From contig CBDCDZ010000004.1 of NCBI GenBank assembly GCA_965215565.1, positions 1,312,001-1,376,000 on the forward strand: a DNA stretch of 64,000 nt, given 5' to 3'. The translations under genes and the position numbers were made by a program. The stretch's first letter is position 1. The number at the start of each line of letters is the position of its first letter. The notes beneath the pieces are model-generated. The model was not told the DNA's origin. It was given only the letters and a program-made list of their open reading frames with translations, and did no database searches. The DNA comes from Trueperaceae bacterium (GTDB taxonomy: Bacteria > Deinococcota > Deinococci > Deinococcales > Trueperaceae). This document shows, piece after piece, positions 1-10,499 of this stretch.

Positions 1-11
1 GGGCTCCAGCG

Positions 12-806
12 GTGGGCTCGAGCCTCACCACTACGAACTACACTTTCTACGCGAGACCGAGTTGTGGGGATAATGTGCTCGAGTGCTTCTTCGCGCTGCC
101 GCAGCACCCCGTCCCTTTCCCTCATTGGATTGCGGCGGGCGTCGCACCCTTTTTCAGTAAATATCCTTTTACGGACGAACGCAACGTTGTAAGAGCGACG
201 CTTTATACGGCGCTGGGGACATTGGCGGCGTTGGCGTTGGGTGGAGCGGTTGGGATTGTTCTCGCGGTGCTCTTTGTATTGCTGAGGCCGCTCGAGCGTG
301 CTCTCCTCCCTTGGGTCATCGCCTCGCAGACCGTCCCCATCATCGCGCTCGTGCCCGTGCTGCTCCTCGTGTTGGGCAACTTCGGCATTACCATTCAGAC
401 GAGTATTCTGCCGACTGCGATCATCGGCGCGTACATCGCATTCTTTCCCGTCGTCGTCGGAACGGTAAAAGGTTTGCGTTCGGTGGACCCACTCGCTTTA
501 GACCTCATGCGCTCCTATGCCGCCTCGCCGCGTCAAGTTTTTATGAAAGTGCGCTTTCCCGCTGCTGCGCCCTTCTTCTTTACCTCTCTCAAGTTGGGGA
601 CCGCCGCCGCGCTTGTCGGCGCACTCGTCGCGGAGACCGAATCGAACAATCGGCGCGGGTTGGGCTTTCAAATTTTGGGTCAAGTTCAGTCGGGCAACGT
701 CGCGGACGTGTGGATTTTGCTCCTTATCTCGGCGCTTCTGGGTGTTGGACTGGTGGCGCTTGTCGGCTTGGTGCAGCGATTGATTGCACCCTGGGAGCGG
801 ACGTGA
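12..806 (+). CDS. ABC transporter permease, NitT/TauT family (5' end probably outside the window)
   Basis: Hydrophobic helices; SQTVPIIAL and FFPVVVGTVKGLRSVDP...KVRFPAAAP (EAA-like loop). Confidence 0.85.
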   Translation: MGSSLTTTNYTFYARPSCGDNVLECFFALPQHPVPFPHWIAAGVAPFFSKYPFTDERNVVRATLYTALGTLAALALGGAVGIVLAVLFVLLRPLERALLPWVIASQTVPIIALVPVLLLVLGNFGITIQTSILPTAIIGAYIAFFPVVVGTVKGLRSVDPLALDLMRSYAASPRQVFMKVRFPAAAPFFFTSLKLGTAAALVGALVAETESNNRRGLGFQILGQVQSGNVADVWILLLISALLGVGLVALVGLVQRLIAPWERT

Positions 807-1918
807 CCTCTTCCGTAAAGCCGATTTGGACGGCGCTCGCCGCGTCACTTATTGTGCTCATTGGACTCTTCGGACCTCTTAGCAGTGAGGTGAGTGCGTT
901 CAGCGTCACGCTGCTCGTTCTCGGACTTCTCTCGCTCACCAGCGCAATAGTTGGACGCTTCTGGTTCGCGGTTACGCTCGTGCCCAGCGGACTTCTCGGT
1001 GCATTCGTTACCGTTCTCTCGCTCATGCAAGCAGGCGGTGAAGGTGCGTGGGGTTTCTGGTCACTCCTCTGGGGCTTCCTCTTCGTCGCCATATTCGGTG
1101 TCGGGCGGGTCAGTACGGATGAGACGACCTCTTCCCTCGAGACCCGCTTCAAGACACTTCTACCTTCCGCCTCCGTCCCCTTCTTGTTCCTCCTCGTCTG
1201 GCAGGGTTTAGTCATCGGTTACGGCGTGCCGAAAGGCATATTTCCCAGCGTCGTGGACGTGTGGCGCTCACTCGCGGCGTCGTTCAACGTGCTCCTCTCG
1301 GACGCTTACGTGACCTTTATTAAAGAGGTCTTGCTCGGTTCCTTAATCGGACTCACGGCAGGCTTTCTAGCAGGCGTCGGCATCGCTTTTAGCACCTTTT
1401 TGCGACGCGGCTTTTTACCTCTGGCGGCGGCGTTTGGCGCTGTGCCTATCGTCGGGCTCGCGCCTGTGTTGGGGCGGGCGTTCGGGGTGGATTGGGAGTC
1501 GAAAGCGGCGGTCGTCGTTATCGTGACCTTTTTTCCAGTCGTACTCAACACGGTGCAGGGGCTCGTGTCGGTGGACGCTTTGAAGCTCGAGCTTCTCCGC
1601 GCCTACGCCGCCACGCCAAGAGAAGTGTTCTTCAAACTCCGCTTGCCGAACGCGCTCCCTTACCTCTTCAACGCGCTCAAGCTCGCCGCCGTTCTAGCCG
1701 TCATCAGCGTCATCGTTGCCGAGTTTTTAATTCCGGGTCCGCCCGAGGGGTTGGGACAGCGGATTTCACTTTCAGCAAGACGCGGCGCGTACGACGTGGT
1801 GTTTGCGGCGATTTTGGTCTCGAGCGTCATCTCTATTGCCATCTATGGAGCGCTCGCTTGGTTAGAAAGACGCCTGACGGGTTGGCATCCGTCGTTCAGG
1901 GAAGGGGGACAGAAGTAG
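803..1918 (+). CDS. ABC transporter permease, NitT/TauT family
   Basis: GTG at 803 overlaps the upstream TGA; FFPVVLNTVQGLVSVD...KLRLPNALP. The ORF-track start at 311 is over-extended. Confidence 0.85.
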   Translation: MTSSVKPIWTALAASLIVLIGLFGPLSSEVSAFSVTLLVLGLLSLTSAIVGRFWFAVTLVPSGLLGAFVTVLSLMQAGGEGAWGFWSLLWGFLFVAIFGVGRVSTDETTSSLETRFKTLLPSASVPFLFLLVWQGLVIGYGVPKGIFPSVVDVWRSLAASFNVLLSDAYVTFIKEVLLGSLIGLTAGFLAGVGIAFSTFLRRGFLPLAAAFGAVPIVGLAPVLGRAFGVDWESKAAVVVIVTFFPVVLNTVQGLVSVDALKLELLRAYAATPREVFFKLRLPNALPYLFNALKLAAVLAVISVIVAEFLIPGPPEGLGQRISLSARRGAYDVVFAAILVSSVISIAIYGALAWLERRLTGWHPSFREGGQK

Positions 1919-1990
1919 GAAGCAAGAAGTAAGAAGTTGGAATTTGATCATCAAAGCACCTCTTTCGCGTCATCTCACTGGAGGAAACAC

Positions 1991-3040
1991 ATGAAAAGAA
2001 TTTTGTTCACCCTTGCCGCGCTTCTCTTCTCCACCACCTTTGCCCAAGACCTCATCCCCGTGACCTTTCAGTCGAAGTGGTTTCCGCAGGCGCAGTTTGC
2101 GGGCTACTTCGTAGCGATTGACCAGGGGTTTTATGAAGAGGAAGGCTTGGAGGTCACGGTCTTGGACGGCGGCAACGTCAACCCGACGGTGCAAGTTGCC
2201 TCGGGCAACGCCGACTTCGGGACGGACTGGATTGCGAACATGTTGGTGCAGCGCGAGCAAGGTCTCGAAGTGGTCCAAATCGCGCAGATTTATCAGGACT
2301 CGGGCTACCGGATGGTCGCGCTGCAAGACTCGGGCATCGAGACGTTTACTGATCTAGCAGGTCGGCGTGTGGGTGTGTGGGGCTTCGGCAACGAGTTCGT
2401 TGCGCAAGCCGCTTTTGACGTGGAGGGCTTGACCAGTGACCTTGACCCGACGACGAGCAACCCGGACGTGAACGCGGTTATCTACGCCTTCGACCCCGCG
2501 CTCGTCTTTCCCAACGAAGTCGAGGTGGCGTCCGTCATGACCTACAACGAACTCAACCAGGTTGTCGGGCTAGGCTACGAACTGGACGGTTTGAACATCT
2601 TGGACCCTGCCGACATTGACGCGGAGCTGTTAGAAGACCTCATCTTCACGACGCCAGAACTTTTGGAGACCGAAGACTTCAAAGGCTCGGGCGTCTCAGG
2701 GCAAGAGGTCGCGGAGCGGTTCTTGCGGGCGACGATTCGCGGCTGGGAATACGCGGTGGAGAATCCGGCGGAAGCCGTTGAAATCGTGCTCGGTTACTGC
2801 GGCGATACGTGTGCGGGGTCGGGGAGCACCTCGAGACCCGAAATCCACCAGTCCTGGCAGATGGACCAAGTTGCGCAACTCGTCAGACCGAGTGAGGATA
2901 CCGAAATCGGTGCGCTCAGCGAAGAGGCGTTTAATGAGTCGGTTGAGCTACTTGTCCGAGTCGGCTTGATTAACGAAGCGCTCTCCTATGACGAGATTGT
3001 AGACCCTAGCGTCTACGAGGCGGTGAGCGGCGCAGAGTAG
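1991..3040 (+). CDS. ABC substrate-binding protein, NMT1/THI5-like
   Basis: GAGGA RBS, signal peptide, KWFPQAQFAGYFVA motif. Confidence 0.85.
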   Translation: MKRILFTLAALLFSTTFAQDLIPVTFQSKWFPQAQFAGYFVAIDQGFYEEEGLEVTVLDGGNVNPTVQVASGNADFGTDWIANMLVQREQGLEVVQIAQIYQDSGYRMVALQDSGIETFTDLAGRRVGVWGFGNEFVAQAAFDVEGLTSDLDPTTSNPDVNAVIYAFDPALVFPNEVEVASVMTYNELNQVVGLGYELDGLNILDPADIDAELLEDLIFTTPELLETEDFKGSGVSGQEVAERFLRATIRGWEYAVENPAEAVEIVLGYCGDTCAGSGSTSRPEIHQSWQMDQVAQLVRPSEDTEIGALSEEAFNESVELLVRVGLINEALSYDEIVDPSVYEAVSGAE

Positions 3041-3137
3041 GCAGCGCAGACGGTTGAGGCGTACACTGGGTGTGCGCCTTACTTTTATCTTGAACGTGGA
3101 GAAGAACATAGAGACGCTCGAGCCAAAGGAGAGCACG

Positions 3138-4445
3138 ATGATTTCCACCAAGGACCGCACCCAAGAACTCCTAGACCGCCAAAAAGACTACCTCTTCCCC
3201 ATTCAGAGCAAAATGCTCCTCTACGGCGACGAACCCTTAGCCGTCTCGCACGCCAAAGACCAATTTGTGTGGGACGTGGAGGGCAACAAATATCTCGACT
3301 TCTTCGGCGGCATCCTCACGGTCTCGGTAGGTCACGCCAACGAAGAGGTCACAGCGGCGGTCATCGAGCAACTTCTCCGCGTGCAGCACACCTCGACGCT
3401 CTACATCAACGAAATCACCATTAAAGTGGCGGAGAAGATCGCCAAGCTCACGCCCGGACGCTTGCAGCACTGCTTCTTCACGAGCAGCGGCACGGAAGCG
3501 GACGAAACTGCGATTTTGGCGGCGCGGATGTACACGGGCAACACCGATATCATCGCGCTAAGGCACGCCTACAGCGGGCGCTCAGCGAGCATGATGAGCA
3601 TGACCGCGCACGGCACCTGGCGCTTGGGCGGCGTGTTCGACGGTGCGATTAAGCACGTCAAGAACCCTTATGTTTACCGGATGCCCGCAGGGATGAACGA
3701 GGAGCAGTTTTTAGACTTCTTAGTAGATGACCTTAAAGAGATGATTGCGACGTGCACGAGCGGTAAAATTGCGGCGTTCATGGCGGAGCCGATTCAGGGC
3801 GTGGGCGGCTTTGTGGTTGCGCCGCAGGATTACTTTCAGCGCATCCTACCTGTGGTGAGAGAGGCGGGCGGGCTGCTCATTATAGACGAGGTGCAAACAG
3901 GTTGGGGGCGTACAGGTAAGTACATGTGCGGCATCGAGCATTGGGGCGTCGAGCCCGACATCATGACCTTTGCGAAAGGGATCGCCAACGGTGCGCCGGT
4001 GGGTTGCACGATTGCGACGCCCGAAGTGGCGGAAGCGGTGAATGGTCTCACCCTAGCGACGTTTGGTGGCAACCCGGTAGCGATGGCGCAGGCGTGCGCA
4101 ACGATTGAATATATCGAAGAAAACAGGCTCTGGGAAAACGCAGAGGTGCAAGGGGCGAAGCTGCGTGAACGCATGGAGGAGATGCAGAGCCGCTATCCCT
4201 TCTTGGGCGACGTGCGCGGGATGGGGCTCATGCAAGCCTTTGAAATTGTCAAGCCGGATGGGAAGGAGCCGGATAGTGCGCGGACGGCGGCGCTGGTGAA
4301 TGCGGCGCGGAAGCAGGGGCTGTTAATTGGTAAAGGCGGACTTTACAGCAACGTGATTCGGATTGCGCCGCATCTCAATGTTTCAGATAAAGACATGGAC
4401 AAGGGTTGTGAGTTGATGGAGGCGGCGCTTGAAGAGGTGGTGTAA
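3138..4445 (+). CDS. Class III PLP aminotransferase (AGXT2/beta-alanine aminotransferase-like)
   Basis: YLDFFGG, AEPIQG, DEVQTGWGRTG, FAKGIANG, TFGGNP motifs; AAGGAG RBS. Confidence 0.9.
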   Translation: MISTKDRTQELLDRQKDYLFPIQSKMLLYGDEPLAVSHAKDQFVWDVEGNKYLDFFGGILTVSVGHANEEVTAAVIEQLLRVQHTSTLYINEITIKVAEKIAKLTPGRLQHCFFTSSGTEADETAILAARMYTGNTDIIALRHAYSGRSASMMSMTAHGTWRLGGVFDGAIKHVKNPYVYRMPAGMNEEQFLDFLVDDLKEMIATCTSGKIAAFMAEPIQGVGGFVVAPQDYFQRILPVVREAGGLLIIDEVQTGWGRTGKYMCGIEHWGVEPDIMTFAKGIANGAPVGCTIATPEVAEAVNGLTLATFGGNPVAMAQACATIEYIEENRLWENAEVQGAKLRERMEEMQSRYPFLGDVRGMGLMQAFEIVKPDGKEPDSARTAALVNAARKQGLLIGKGGLYSNVIRIAPHLNVSDKDMDKGCELMEAALEEVV

Positions 4446-4453
4446 GGGGTAGG

Positions 4454-4482
4454 GGCTTAGGCGAGGCTTGAGCCCCTAAGCC
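4454..4482. terminator. Hairpin between convergent genes
   Basis: GGCTTAGG...CCTAAGCC inverted repeat just after the aminotransferase stop. Confidence 0.45.
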
Positions 4483-4706
4483 GCTCTTAAAAGCACCTCT
4501 TGAACACTAAGCGGAAGCTCAACGCTCATAAAGTACGCTTTAGGATAGAGGTAATCCTCGCTTGACTCATCAACCATGCGCAGGAGCTGATGCTTCGCAG
4601 CTTCATCGTCGGGAAGGCGCTGATAAATTTTGCGAACCTCGAGCGACGCAGAGTAGCCTTAGTTCTGAATACAGATCACAAATGCTGTTTCGGTCTCTAA
4701 TTTCAT
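4476..4706 (-). pseudogene. Small conserved hypothetical (TA-neighbourhood type) gene with an internal stop
   Basis: Hand translation: MKLETETAFVICIQN*GYSASLEVRKIYQRLPDDEAAKHQLLRMVDESSEDYLYPKAYF...; in-frame TAA at 4661-4659. Confidence 0.65.
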
Positions 4707-4720
4707 CTCTACAGTTTAAT

Positions 4721-4945
4721 CTAAAAAGCGTTTGATCTTAAAAGCACCCCTTCAGACCATTCTAGCGCTTCCGCTTCACGCGCCCCGTCCTCAGCCATCT
4801 GTTTATAAGCTGCGTCCAAGTCACTAAATAGAACGTGAGGGCGCACCAAAGATTCGGTAAACTGACCTATCTTGCCTTGACCTACCTGAGCGTAGAGACC
4901 TTCGTAAACCTGTTCATCAATCGTAATCGTCAGCTTCTTTTGCAT
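4721..4945 (-). CDS. Addiction-module antitoxin-like protein (orphan)
   Basis: MQKKLTITIDEQVYEGL...LDAAYKQMAEDGAREAEALEWSEG: RHH-like N-terminus and acidic tail, typical of MazF/PemK partners. Confidence 0.65.
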   Translation of the reverse strand: MQKKLTITIDEQVYEGLYAQVGQGKIGQFTESLVRPHVLFSDLDAAYKQMAEDGAREAEALEWSEGVLLRSNAF

Positions 4946-5094
4946 ATACGTATTCTACACGCACCGCTCTGTTTCATCACGTTTTGGTTTAACCCTAGAC
5001 AACCTGTTAGACTACACTGCTTTGCCCTATGTGGCGTAAAGGTAGACTTTATAGAATGAGTGAAGACGAAAGTATCGGGAAGTCAGGAGAAGAG

Positions 5095-6627
5095 ATGCAA
5101 ACAGAGATATTAGAACGGCAAGATGTAAGCGCCAAGTTCAAGGTGGACGTGCCCGCCGAAGAGGTCAATAAGGCGTACAGCACCATCCTTCGCAGCTTAG
5201 CACGGCAGGTCAAGGTGCCTGGCTTTCGCCCCGGCAAAGCGCCTAGAGGTGTGATCGAGGCGCGGGTCGGTAAGGACGCCGTCGCGCAAGAGGTCCGCGA
5301 CGCTCTAGTTGAGACCTACTATCCGCAAGCGGCGCAGGAGCTAGAACTGAACCCCGTCAGCGCCAACTTCCACGCGCATGAGCCTGTCGAAAACGAGGAC
5401 TACACGTTCGAAGTTGAGGTCGAACTCTATCCCGAGGTGACGCTGCCCAAGATTGAGGACATCGTCATCGACACGGAGGGCGTGCCCGTCACCGACGAGA
5501 TGGTCGCGGAGACAGTCGAGAATTTGCAGAGCGAAAACGCGACGCTCGTCCCGGTAGAGCGTCCTGCTGAAGCGGGCGACTATCTAACCGTCGAATCGCT
5601 CGGTGAAACCGCAGGCTCCACCATGCCGATTGACTTAGAGCGCGTGGGCGACACCCTCGCGGAGCAGTTCTACGGCAAGTTGATCGGCGACGAAGTTGCC
5701 TTGAAGTTGGACGTGCCGACGCCGCCTGAGATGGAAGAGGACGAAGAGGGCGTAGCGGAAGGTGAGTCCGAAGAGGATGCACAAGAGGTTGCGGCGGATT
5801 CGGGTCAAGACCTCTCGGAAGCTGAAGGCTCGAGCGAAGACGCCCAAACCGAAGAAGTCACGGAGGAGACCGAAGAGGATGCGGACGAACTCACCGTCCT
5901 CAACGTCGTTATTCGCGACATCAAAGCCAAAGAGAAGCCCGAGCCCGACAACGAGTTCGCGCAGACGCTCGGCTTTGGTACCTGGGAAGAAGCCGAGGCG
6001 CAAATTCGCAGGAGCCTCCAGGCGCAGATGGACCAAGAGATTTTCTCTGAGCAGCAAGAGGAGTTTATCGGCAAACTCGTTGAGGAGACCGAGCTTAGCC
6101 TCCCGCAGAGTTTAGTCAACCGCCGCAAGCGCAACCTCTTGGAGAATTTGGCGCAGGATTTGCAGGGGCGCGGCATGAACATGCAGACATATTTACAGAG
6201 CCTGGAGGAGGCCGACAAGCGCCAGGAGTTCGAGGACGAGTTGGACGAAGCGGCGACGACGGGCGTGAAGCGTGACTTGGTGCTGGAAAAGCTCCTAGAG
6301 GTGCGCGGCACGCAAGTCACGAGCGAAGAGCTAGACGCCGCGCTGACCTACATGGCGCAGCGCCAGCAGAGCAACGTCGCGAAGCTCAGGCAGGAACTCG
6401 GGCGCGAAGGAGTGGAGAACTACCGCTTCTTGCTCGCGCGGGACAAAGCGGTGCGCGAGAGCGTGCGCGAGCTTTTAGGCGAAGAGTCCGAGGACGAGGC
6501 GCTGCCGGGTGAATCAGAAGACACCGAGACCGCCGCGGCGAGCGCGGACGCGGATACAGAGACAGCGGAGGCGGACGTGAATGCGAATGAATCTACCGAG
6601 CCTCGAGCCGCTGAATCTACCGAGTAG
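5095..6627 (+). CDS. tig: Trigger factor with acidic insertion and tail
   Basis: VPGFRPGKAP ribosome-binding motif; AGGAG RBS; upstream of clpPX. Confidence 0.95.
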   Translation: MQTEILERQDVSAKFKVDVPAEEVNKAYSTILRSLARQVKVPGFRPGKAPRGVIEARVGKDAVAQEVRDALVETYYPQAAQELELNPVSANFHAHEPVENEDYTFEVEVELYPEVTLPKIEDIVIDTEGVPVTDEMVAETVENLQSENATLVPVERPAEAGDYLTVESLGETAGSTMPIDLERVGDTLAEQFYGKLIGDEVALKLDVPTPPEMEEDEEGVAEGESEEDAQEVAADSGQDLSEAEGSSEDAQTEEVTEETEEDADELTVLNVVIRDIKAKEKPEPDNEFAQTLGFGTWEEAEAQIRRSLQAQMDQEIFSEQQEEFIGKLVEETELSLPQSLVNRRKRNLLENLAQDLQGRGMNMQTYLQSLEEADKRQEFEDELDEAATTGVKRDLVLEKLLEVRGTQVTSEELDAALTYMAQRQQSNVAKLRQELGREGVENYRFLLARDKAVRESVRELLGEESEDEALPGESEDTETAAASADADTETAEADVNANESTEPRAAESTE

Positions 6628-6628
6628 G

Positions 6629-6719
6629 TGCAGCTCTCAAAACCGCTGAGCTTATGTCACGCAGATATTATCCTCGAACGTGTGGGCTAAAGGATGGTCT
6701 ACCTGAGTGAGAGCGTCTC
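6629..6719. repeat. Degenerate copy of the TAGCA...TGCTA element
   Basis: ctgag...cgcagatattatc..cgaacgtg...gtgagagcgtctc is collinear with 6801-6873. Confidence 0.55.
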
Positions 6720-6782
6720 TTCGCCTAGCGGGCCAGTGGGAGCTTTGCGGCTGCGGTCCACGCGACAGTAACTCCGTACGCC

Positions 6783-6893
6783 TAGCACTTCCAAAACATA
6801 CTGAGACGGAGCGCCGCAGATATCATCTCCGAATGTGCGCGATAGACAGCGTTTTTTACAGTGAGAGCGTCTCAAACCAGATGATACCTGCTA
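6783..6893. mobile_element. TAGCA...TGCTA MITE-like repeat (short form)
   Basis: Starts TAGCACTTCCAAAACATACTGAGACGGA and ends AAACCAGATGATACCTGCTA; homologous to the copies at 27150, 39712 and 48413. Confidence 0.8.
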
Positions 6894-7171
6894 ACCGTAA
6901 CCAGACAACACCTGCTGTCTCTTACGTGACCCTGATAACGGCAACGGAACGCAGGGACGTGAATACTAACAATAGTGATATTTTATATAGCGAGTACGCT
7001 TGGAGCCGAAACGGTTATCATTCACCATGAGACCGAAATGACACTTTCTGCAAGCTGCGTAGCAGACGAAGTTTTGGCAACGCCAAAGGTTTTACCTGAA
7101 GTGCGCGCTATATACCTTATCGACTCGTATCGTCCCCAACTAAACGATACCTGCTACAGAAGGAGCGATTT

Positions 7172-7795
7172 ATGTCCCTAGTCCCCTACGTCATCGAGCA
7201 GACCGGGCGCGGCGAGCGCATGTATGACGTCTACAGCCGCCTCATGAAAGAGCGCATCATCTTTCTAGGCACGCCCATTAACTCCGAAGTTGCCAACGTC
7301 ATCGTCGCGCAGCTTCTCCTCTTAGACGCGCAAAACCCCGAGCAAGACATTCAGATTTACATCAACTCGCCCGGCGGCGAGGTCTACGCGGGCCTCGCAA
7401 TCTACGACACCATGCAGCTCGTCTCCGCGCCGATCAGCACCATCTGCGTGGGCATCGCCATGTCGATGGGCTCCGTGATTCTCATGGCGGGCGAGAAGGG
7501 CAAGCGCTTGGCGCTGCCGAACTCGAGGGTCATGATCCACCAGGGCTCGTCGGGCTTTCGCGGCAACACCCCGGACGTCGAGGTGCAAGCCAACGAAATC
7601 CTCTTCTTGCGCGACACGATGCTGAACCTCTACGAGGAGCACACGGGGCTCGACAAGGAAAAGATCAAAAAGGACATGGAGCGCGACTACTTCATGTCGC
7701 CGGGCGAGGCGAAAGACTACGGGCTTATAGACCGCGTCGTCTCGCCGCGTGAAAACGTGCGCATCGGCGCGAGTCAGCTCAGTGAGGACGAATAG
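7172..7795 (+). CDS. clpP: ATP-dependent Clp protease proteolytic subunit
   Basis: YDVYSRL, YINSPGG, AMSMG (catalytic Ser), MIHQ. Confidence 0.98.
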   Translation: MSLVPYVIEQTGRGERMYDVYSRLMKERIIFLGTPINSEVANVIVAQLLLLDAQNPEQDIQIYINSPGGEVYAGLAIYDTMQLVSAPISTICVGIAMSMGSVILMAGEKGKRLALPNSRVMIHQGSSGFRGNTPDVEVQANEILFLRDTMLNLYEEHTGLDKEKIKKDMERDYFMSPGEAKDYGLIDRVVSPRENVRIGASQLSEDE

Positions 7796-7796
7796 G

Positions 7797-8996
7797 ATGC
7801 CGCAGGCACGCTGCAACTTCTGCGGGCGCACCCACGCCGAGGTCAAGCATTTGGTCGCCGCCGAAAATGGCATGACACACATCTGTAACGACTGTGTCGG
7901 GCGCATCTCAGACGTGCTCGCGAAGGCGAAGACGCAGCCCGCACCTCTTCTGCGGTTGCCAACGCCCAGAGAGGTCAAGCATCATCTAGACGCTTACGTG
8001 ATCGAGCAAGAGGAAGCGAAGAAAACCCTCGCGGTGGCTGTTTTCAACCACTACCGCCGCTTGCAACACCCGGACGCCGAGTTGCAAAAAGCCAACATCT
8101 TGCTGCTCGGACCGAGCGGCACGGGCAAGACGCTCCTAGCCCAGACCTTAGCAGACACCTTGCAAGTCCCCTTCGCCATCGCGGACGCCACCACGCTTAC
8201 CGAAGCGGGCTACGTCGGCGACGACGTGGAAAACATCATTCTGCGGCTTTTGCAAACGGCGGACTACAACGTCGAGGCGGCGGAGCGGGGCATCATCTAC
8301 ATCGACGAGATCGACAAGATCGCCCGCAAAAGCGAAGGGACGAGCATTACGAGAGATGTCTCGGGCGAAGGGGTGCAGCAGGCGCTTCTCAAGATCATCG
8401 AAGGCACCGTGACGCACGTGCCGCCGCAAGGGGGGCGCAAGCACCCGCACCAAGAACTCATCGCGGTGGACACCTCGAACATCCTCTTTATCTGCGGCGG
8501 CGCGTTCGAGGGCATCGAGGACATCATCCGCAACCGCGTGGACGTGTCGCGCGTCGGTTTTACGCATAGCGACATCATGGAGCAGCAGAGCAACTTAGCC
8601 GCCCAAGTCTCCCCCGAAGACCTCATGCACTTCGGGCTCATCCCCGAACTCATCGGGCGTTTGGCGATCACCGCGACCTTAGAGGACCTGAGCGTCGAGG
8701 CGCTCGTGGACGTGCTCACAAAGCCGCGCAACGCTTTAACCAAGCAATTTAGAGAGCTGTTTCGGCTCGAGAACGTCGACCTCAGCTTCAATGAAGACGC
8801 GCTTAAAGAGGTGGCGAGACGCGCCAAAGCGAGAGGTACGGGCGCACGCGGGCTGCGCTCCGTGCTGGAAAAGAACCTCTTGGAAGTCATGTACGAGGTG
8901 CCAGGTAGCGATATCTCGGCGCTGAACATCAATTTGGATAACCTGGATGACCCGGACAGAATCTTGACGCAGGCGCAGCGGCAGAAAACAGCGTAA
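7797..8996 (+). CDS. clpX: ATP-dependent Clp protease ATP-binding subunit
   Basis: CNFC...CNDC zinc finger, [20 protein letters not shown] loop. Confidence 0.98.
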   Translation: MPQARCNFCGRTHAEVKHLVAAENGMTHICNDCVGRISDVLAKAKTQPAPLLRLPTPREVKHHLDAYVIEQEEAKKTLAVAVFNHYRRLQHPDAELQKANILLLGPSGTGKTLLAQTLADTLQVPFAIADATTLTEAGYVGDDVENIILRLLQTADYNVEAAERGIIYIDEIDKIARKSEGTSITRDVSGEGVQQALLKIIEGTVTHVPPQGGRKHPHQELIAVDTSNILFICGGAFEGIEDIIRNRVDVSRVGFTHSDIMEQQSNLAAQVSPEDLMHFGLIPELIGRLAITATLEDLSVEALVDVLTKPRNALTKQFRELFRLENVDLSFNEDALKEVARRAKARGTGARGLRSVLEKNLLEVMYEVPGSDISALNINLDNLDDPDRILTQAQRQKTA

Positions 8997-8998
8997 AG

Positions 8999-9075
8999 GC
9001 GAGCAATGAGGTAAAAGAGAAAAGTTAAAAGCCCTTGACTTTCACTTTTCTCTTGGTCCTTTTCTCTTTTCTCTA
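8999..9075. repeat. GAGCAATGAG / heptamer-ladder hairpin downstream of clpX
   Basis: gagcaatgag...agagaaaagt...acttttctct inverted repeat; same family as 10931, 12425 and 15498. Confidence 0.6.
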
Positions 9076-9128
9076 AAAACAGCGACGTACTACCTCCGCA
9101 AAGGCACACTACTCGGTTAAACTACCCT

Positions 9129-9410
9129 ATGTTCTCGTTCCTCCGCAGAAATCCCAACTTCAAAAACGAAGGCAACTTTTTATTGGCTAGGGTGCGCACC
9201 TCGAGAAACGGCGAGGTCATCCCCGTCAGGTTGTCTAAGTCGAGTGAGATGAGCGCGCAGCCGGGGGGCGGCTACTTTGTGCGCAAGGTGCTGATCGGCT
9301 CGAGCAGCCTGGATGAAGCCGTGCTAGAGGTCTCTTTGAGCCGTAGTCACCGCATCAAAAACGCAACCGTAGACGGCGGTGAACTTATCCCCATCAAAGA
9401 ATGGGAGTGA
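9129..9410 (+). CDS. Conserved hypothetical protein
   Basis: Clean 93-aa ORF with TAAACT 5 nt upstream (leaderless); overlaps the NUDIX start. Confidence 0.7.
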   Translation: MFSFLRRNPNFKNEGNFLLARVRTSRNGEVIPVRLSKSSEMSAQPGGGYFVRKVLIGSSSLDEAVLEVSLSRSHRIKNATVDGGELIPIKEWE

Positions 9411-9850
9411 GCCTGCGGGTTATCTGCCGCCTCGCCATTTTGCACGGCGACCTCTTGCTACTCGTCCGAAACGAGGGTCTCCCCTACTGGTATCCGCCCG
9501 GCGGCGGTTGGGAAGCGGGCGAGACATTGCCGGAATGCGGGGCGCGTGAGGTCTTCGAGGAAACGCAGCTACGTGTAGAGGTAGGCGAACTTCTTTTCGT
9601 GCAGGAATTCTACGGCGAAGGCAAGCACGAACGCTCCTTAGAACTCACCTTCTTTGCCAGTTTAATCGGGGAAGAGAGCGAACCGAGCATTCCTGAGCAG
9701 GAGCATCTAGCCGAGGCACGGTGGTTTAGCCGCGACGAGGCGCAAAGCGTCACCGTCTATCCGCCGCAACTGAAAGAGGTGTGGACGCAGGAACGTAGAA
9801 ATCCTTACATCGGCTTCGCTGCGGGCGAATCGCAAGGGCGCGAACAGTGA
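9407..9850 (+). CDS. NUDIX hydrolase
   Basis: GGWEAGETLPECGAREVFEETQL Nudix box; GTGA overlap. Confidence 0.9.
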   Translation: MSLRVICRLAILHGDLLLLVRNEGLPYWYPPGGGWEAGETLPECGAREVFEETQLRVEVGELLFVQEFYGEGKHERSLELTFFASLIGEESEPSIPEQEHLAEARWFSRDEAQSVTVYPPQLKEVWTQERRNPYIGFAAGESQGREQ

Positions 9851-9954
9851 GCCTTTATCTTCCTCTGTTAGACTCGAGCGCTTTCAGCGTCTGAACTGAA
9901 ACAAACTTCGCGCGTATCCTCCCGCAAGGATACCTGCACACAAGGAGATTCACC

Positions 9955-10491
9955 ATGATTCACCCCTGGCACGATATCCCCCTGGGCGACAACGCACCTA
10001 AAGAGGTCCGCGCTGTGATTGAGGTTCCGGGCGGCGACACGACGAAGTACGAACTTGACCCCGAACTGGGCATCATCAGCGTAGACCGCGTGCTTCACCC
10101 GCCCATCCCCTACCCGACGAACTACGGTTTTTTGCCACAGACGCTGGACGACGACGGCGACCCCATCGACGTATTGGTCATGATGCAAAACGCTGTTATT
10201 CCCCTCAGCGTGCTGCGTGTGCGCCCTATCGGAATTTTCAAGATGAAGGACAACGACGAGACCGACGACAAGCTTATCTGCGTCCATATCGACGATCCTA
10301 TGTACAGCGACTACGAAGAGGTTAGCGACCTACCCCGCTACGAGCGCGACGAACTCAAATGGTTCTTTAATTCTTACAAAGACGCGATGCAAAAAGGTGT
10401 TGACGTCGAGGACTTTCAAGGTAGAGAGGCCGCGCAAGAGGCGATTGAGCGCTGCCGCAAGCTCTACAAGGAGAAGTTCGGGGACAAGTAA
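9955..10491 (+). CDS. ppa: Inorganic pyrophosphatase (family I)
   Basis: HPWHD, YPTNYG, DDDGDPIDV, DDK motifs. Confidence 0.95.
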   Translation: MIHPWHDIPLGDNAPKEVRAVIEVPGGDTTKYELDPELGIISVDRVLHPPIPYPTNYGFLPQTLDDDGDPIDVLVMMQNAVIPLSVLRVRPIGIFKMKDNDETDDKLICVHIDDPMYSDYEEVSDLPRYERDELKWFFNSYKDAMQKGVDVEDFQGREAAQEAIERCRKLYKEKFGDK

Positions 10492-10499
10492 AAACTCAA

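Noticed and set aside
6628..7171. ORF-track ORFs 6707..7030 and 6975..7181, or a tRNA/ncRNA upstream of clpP
   Set aside because: The region is largely made of repeat copies; the recurring peptide NQMIPA also appears at 27360 and 48517 only because of the repeat. No tRNA fold was seen.
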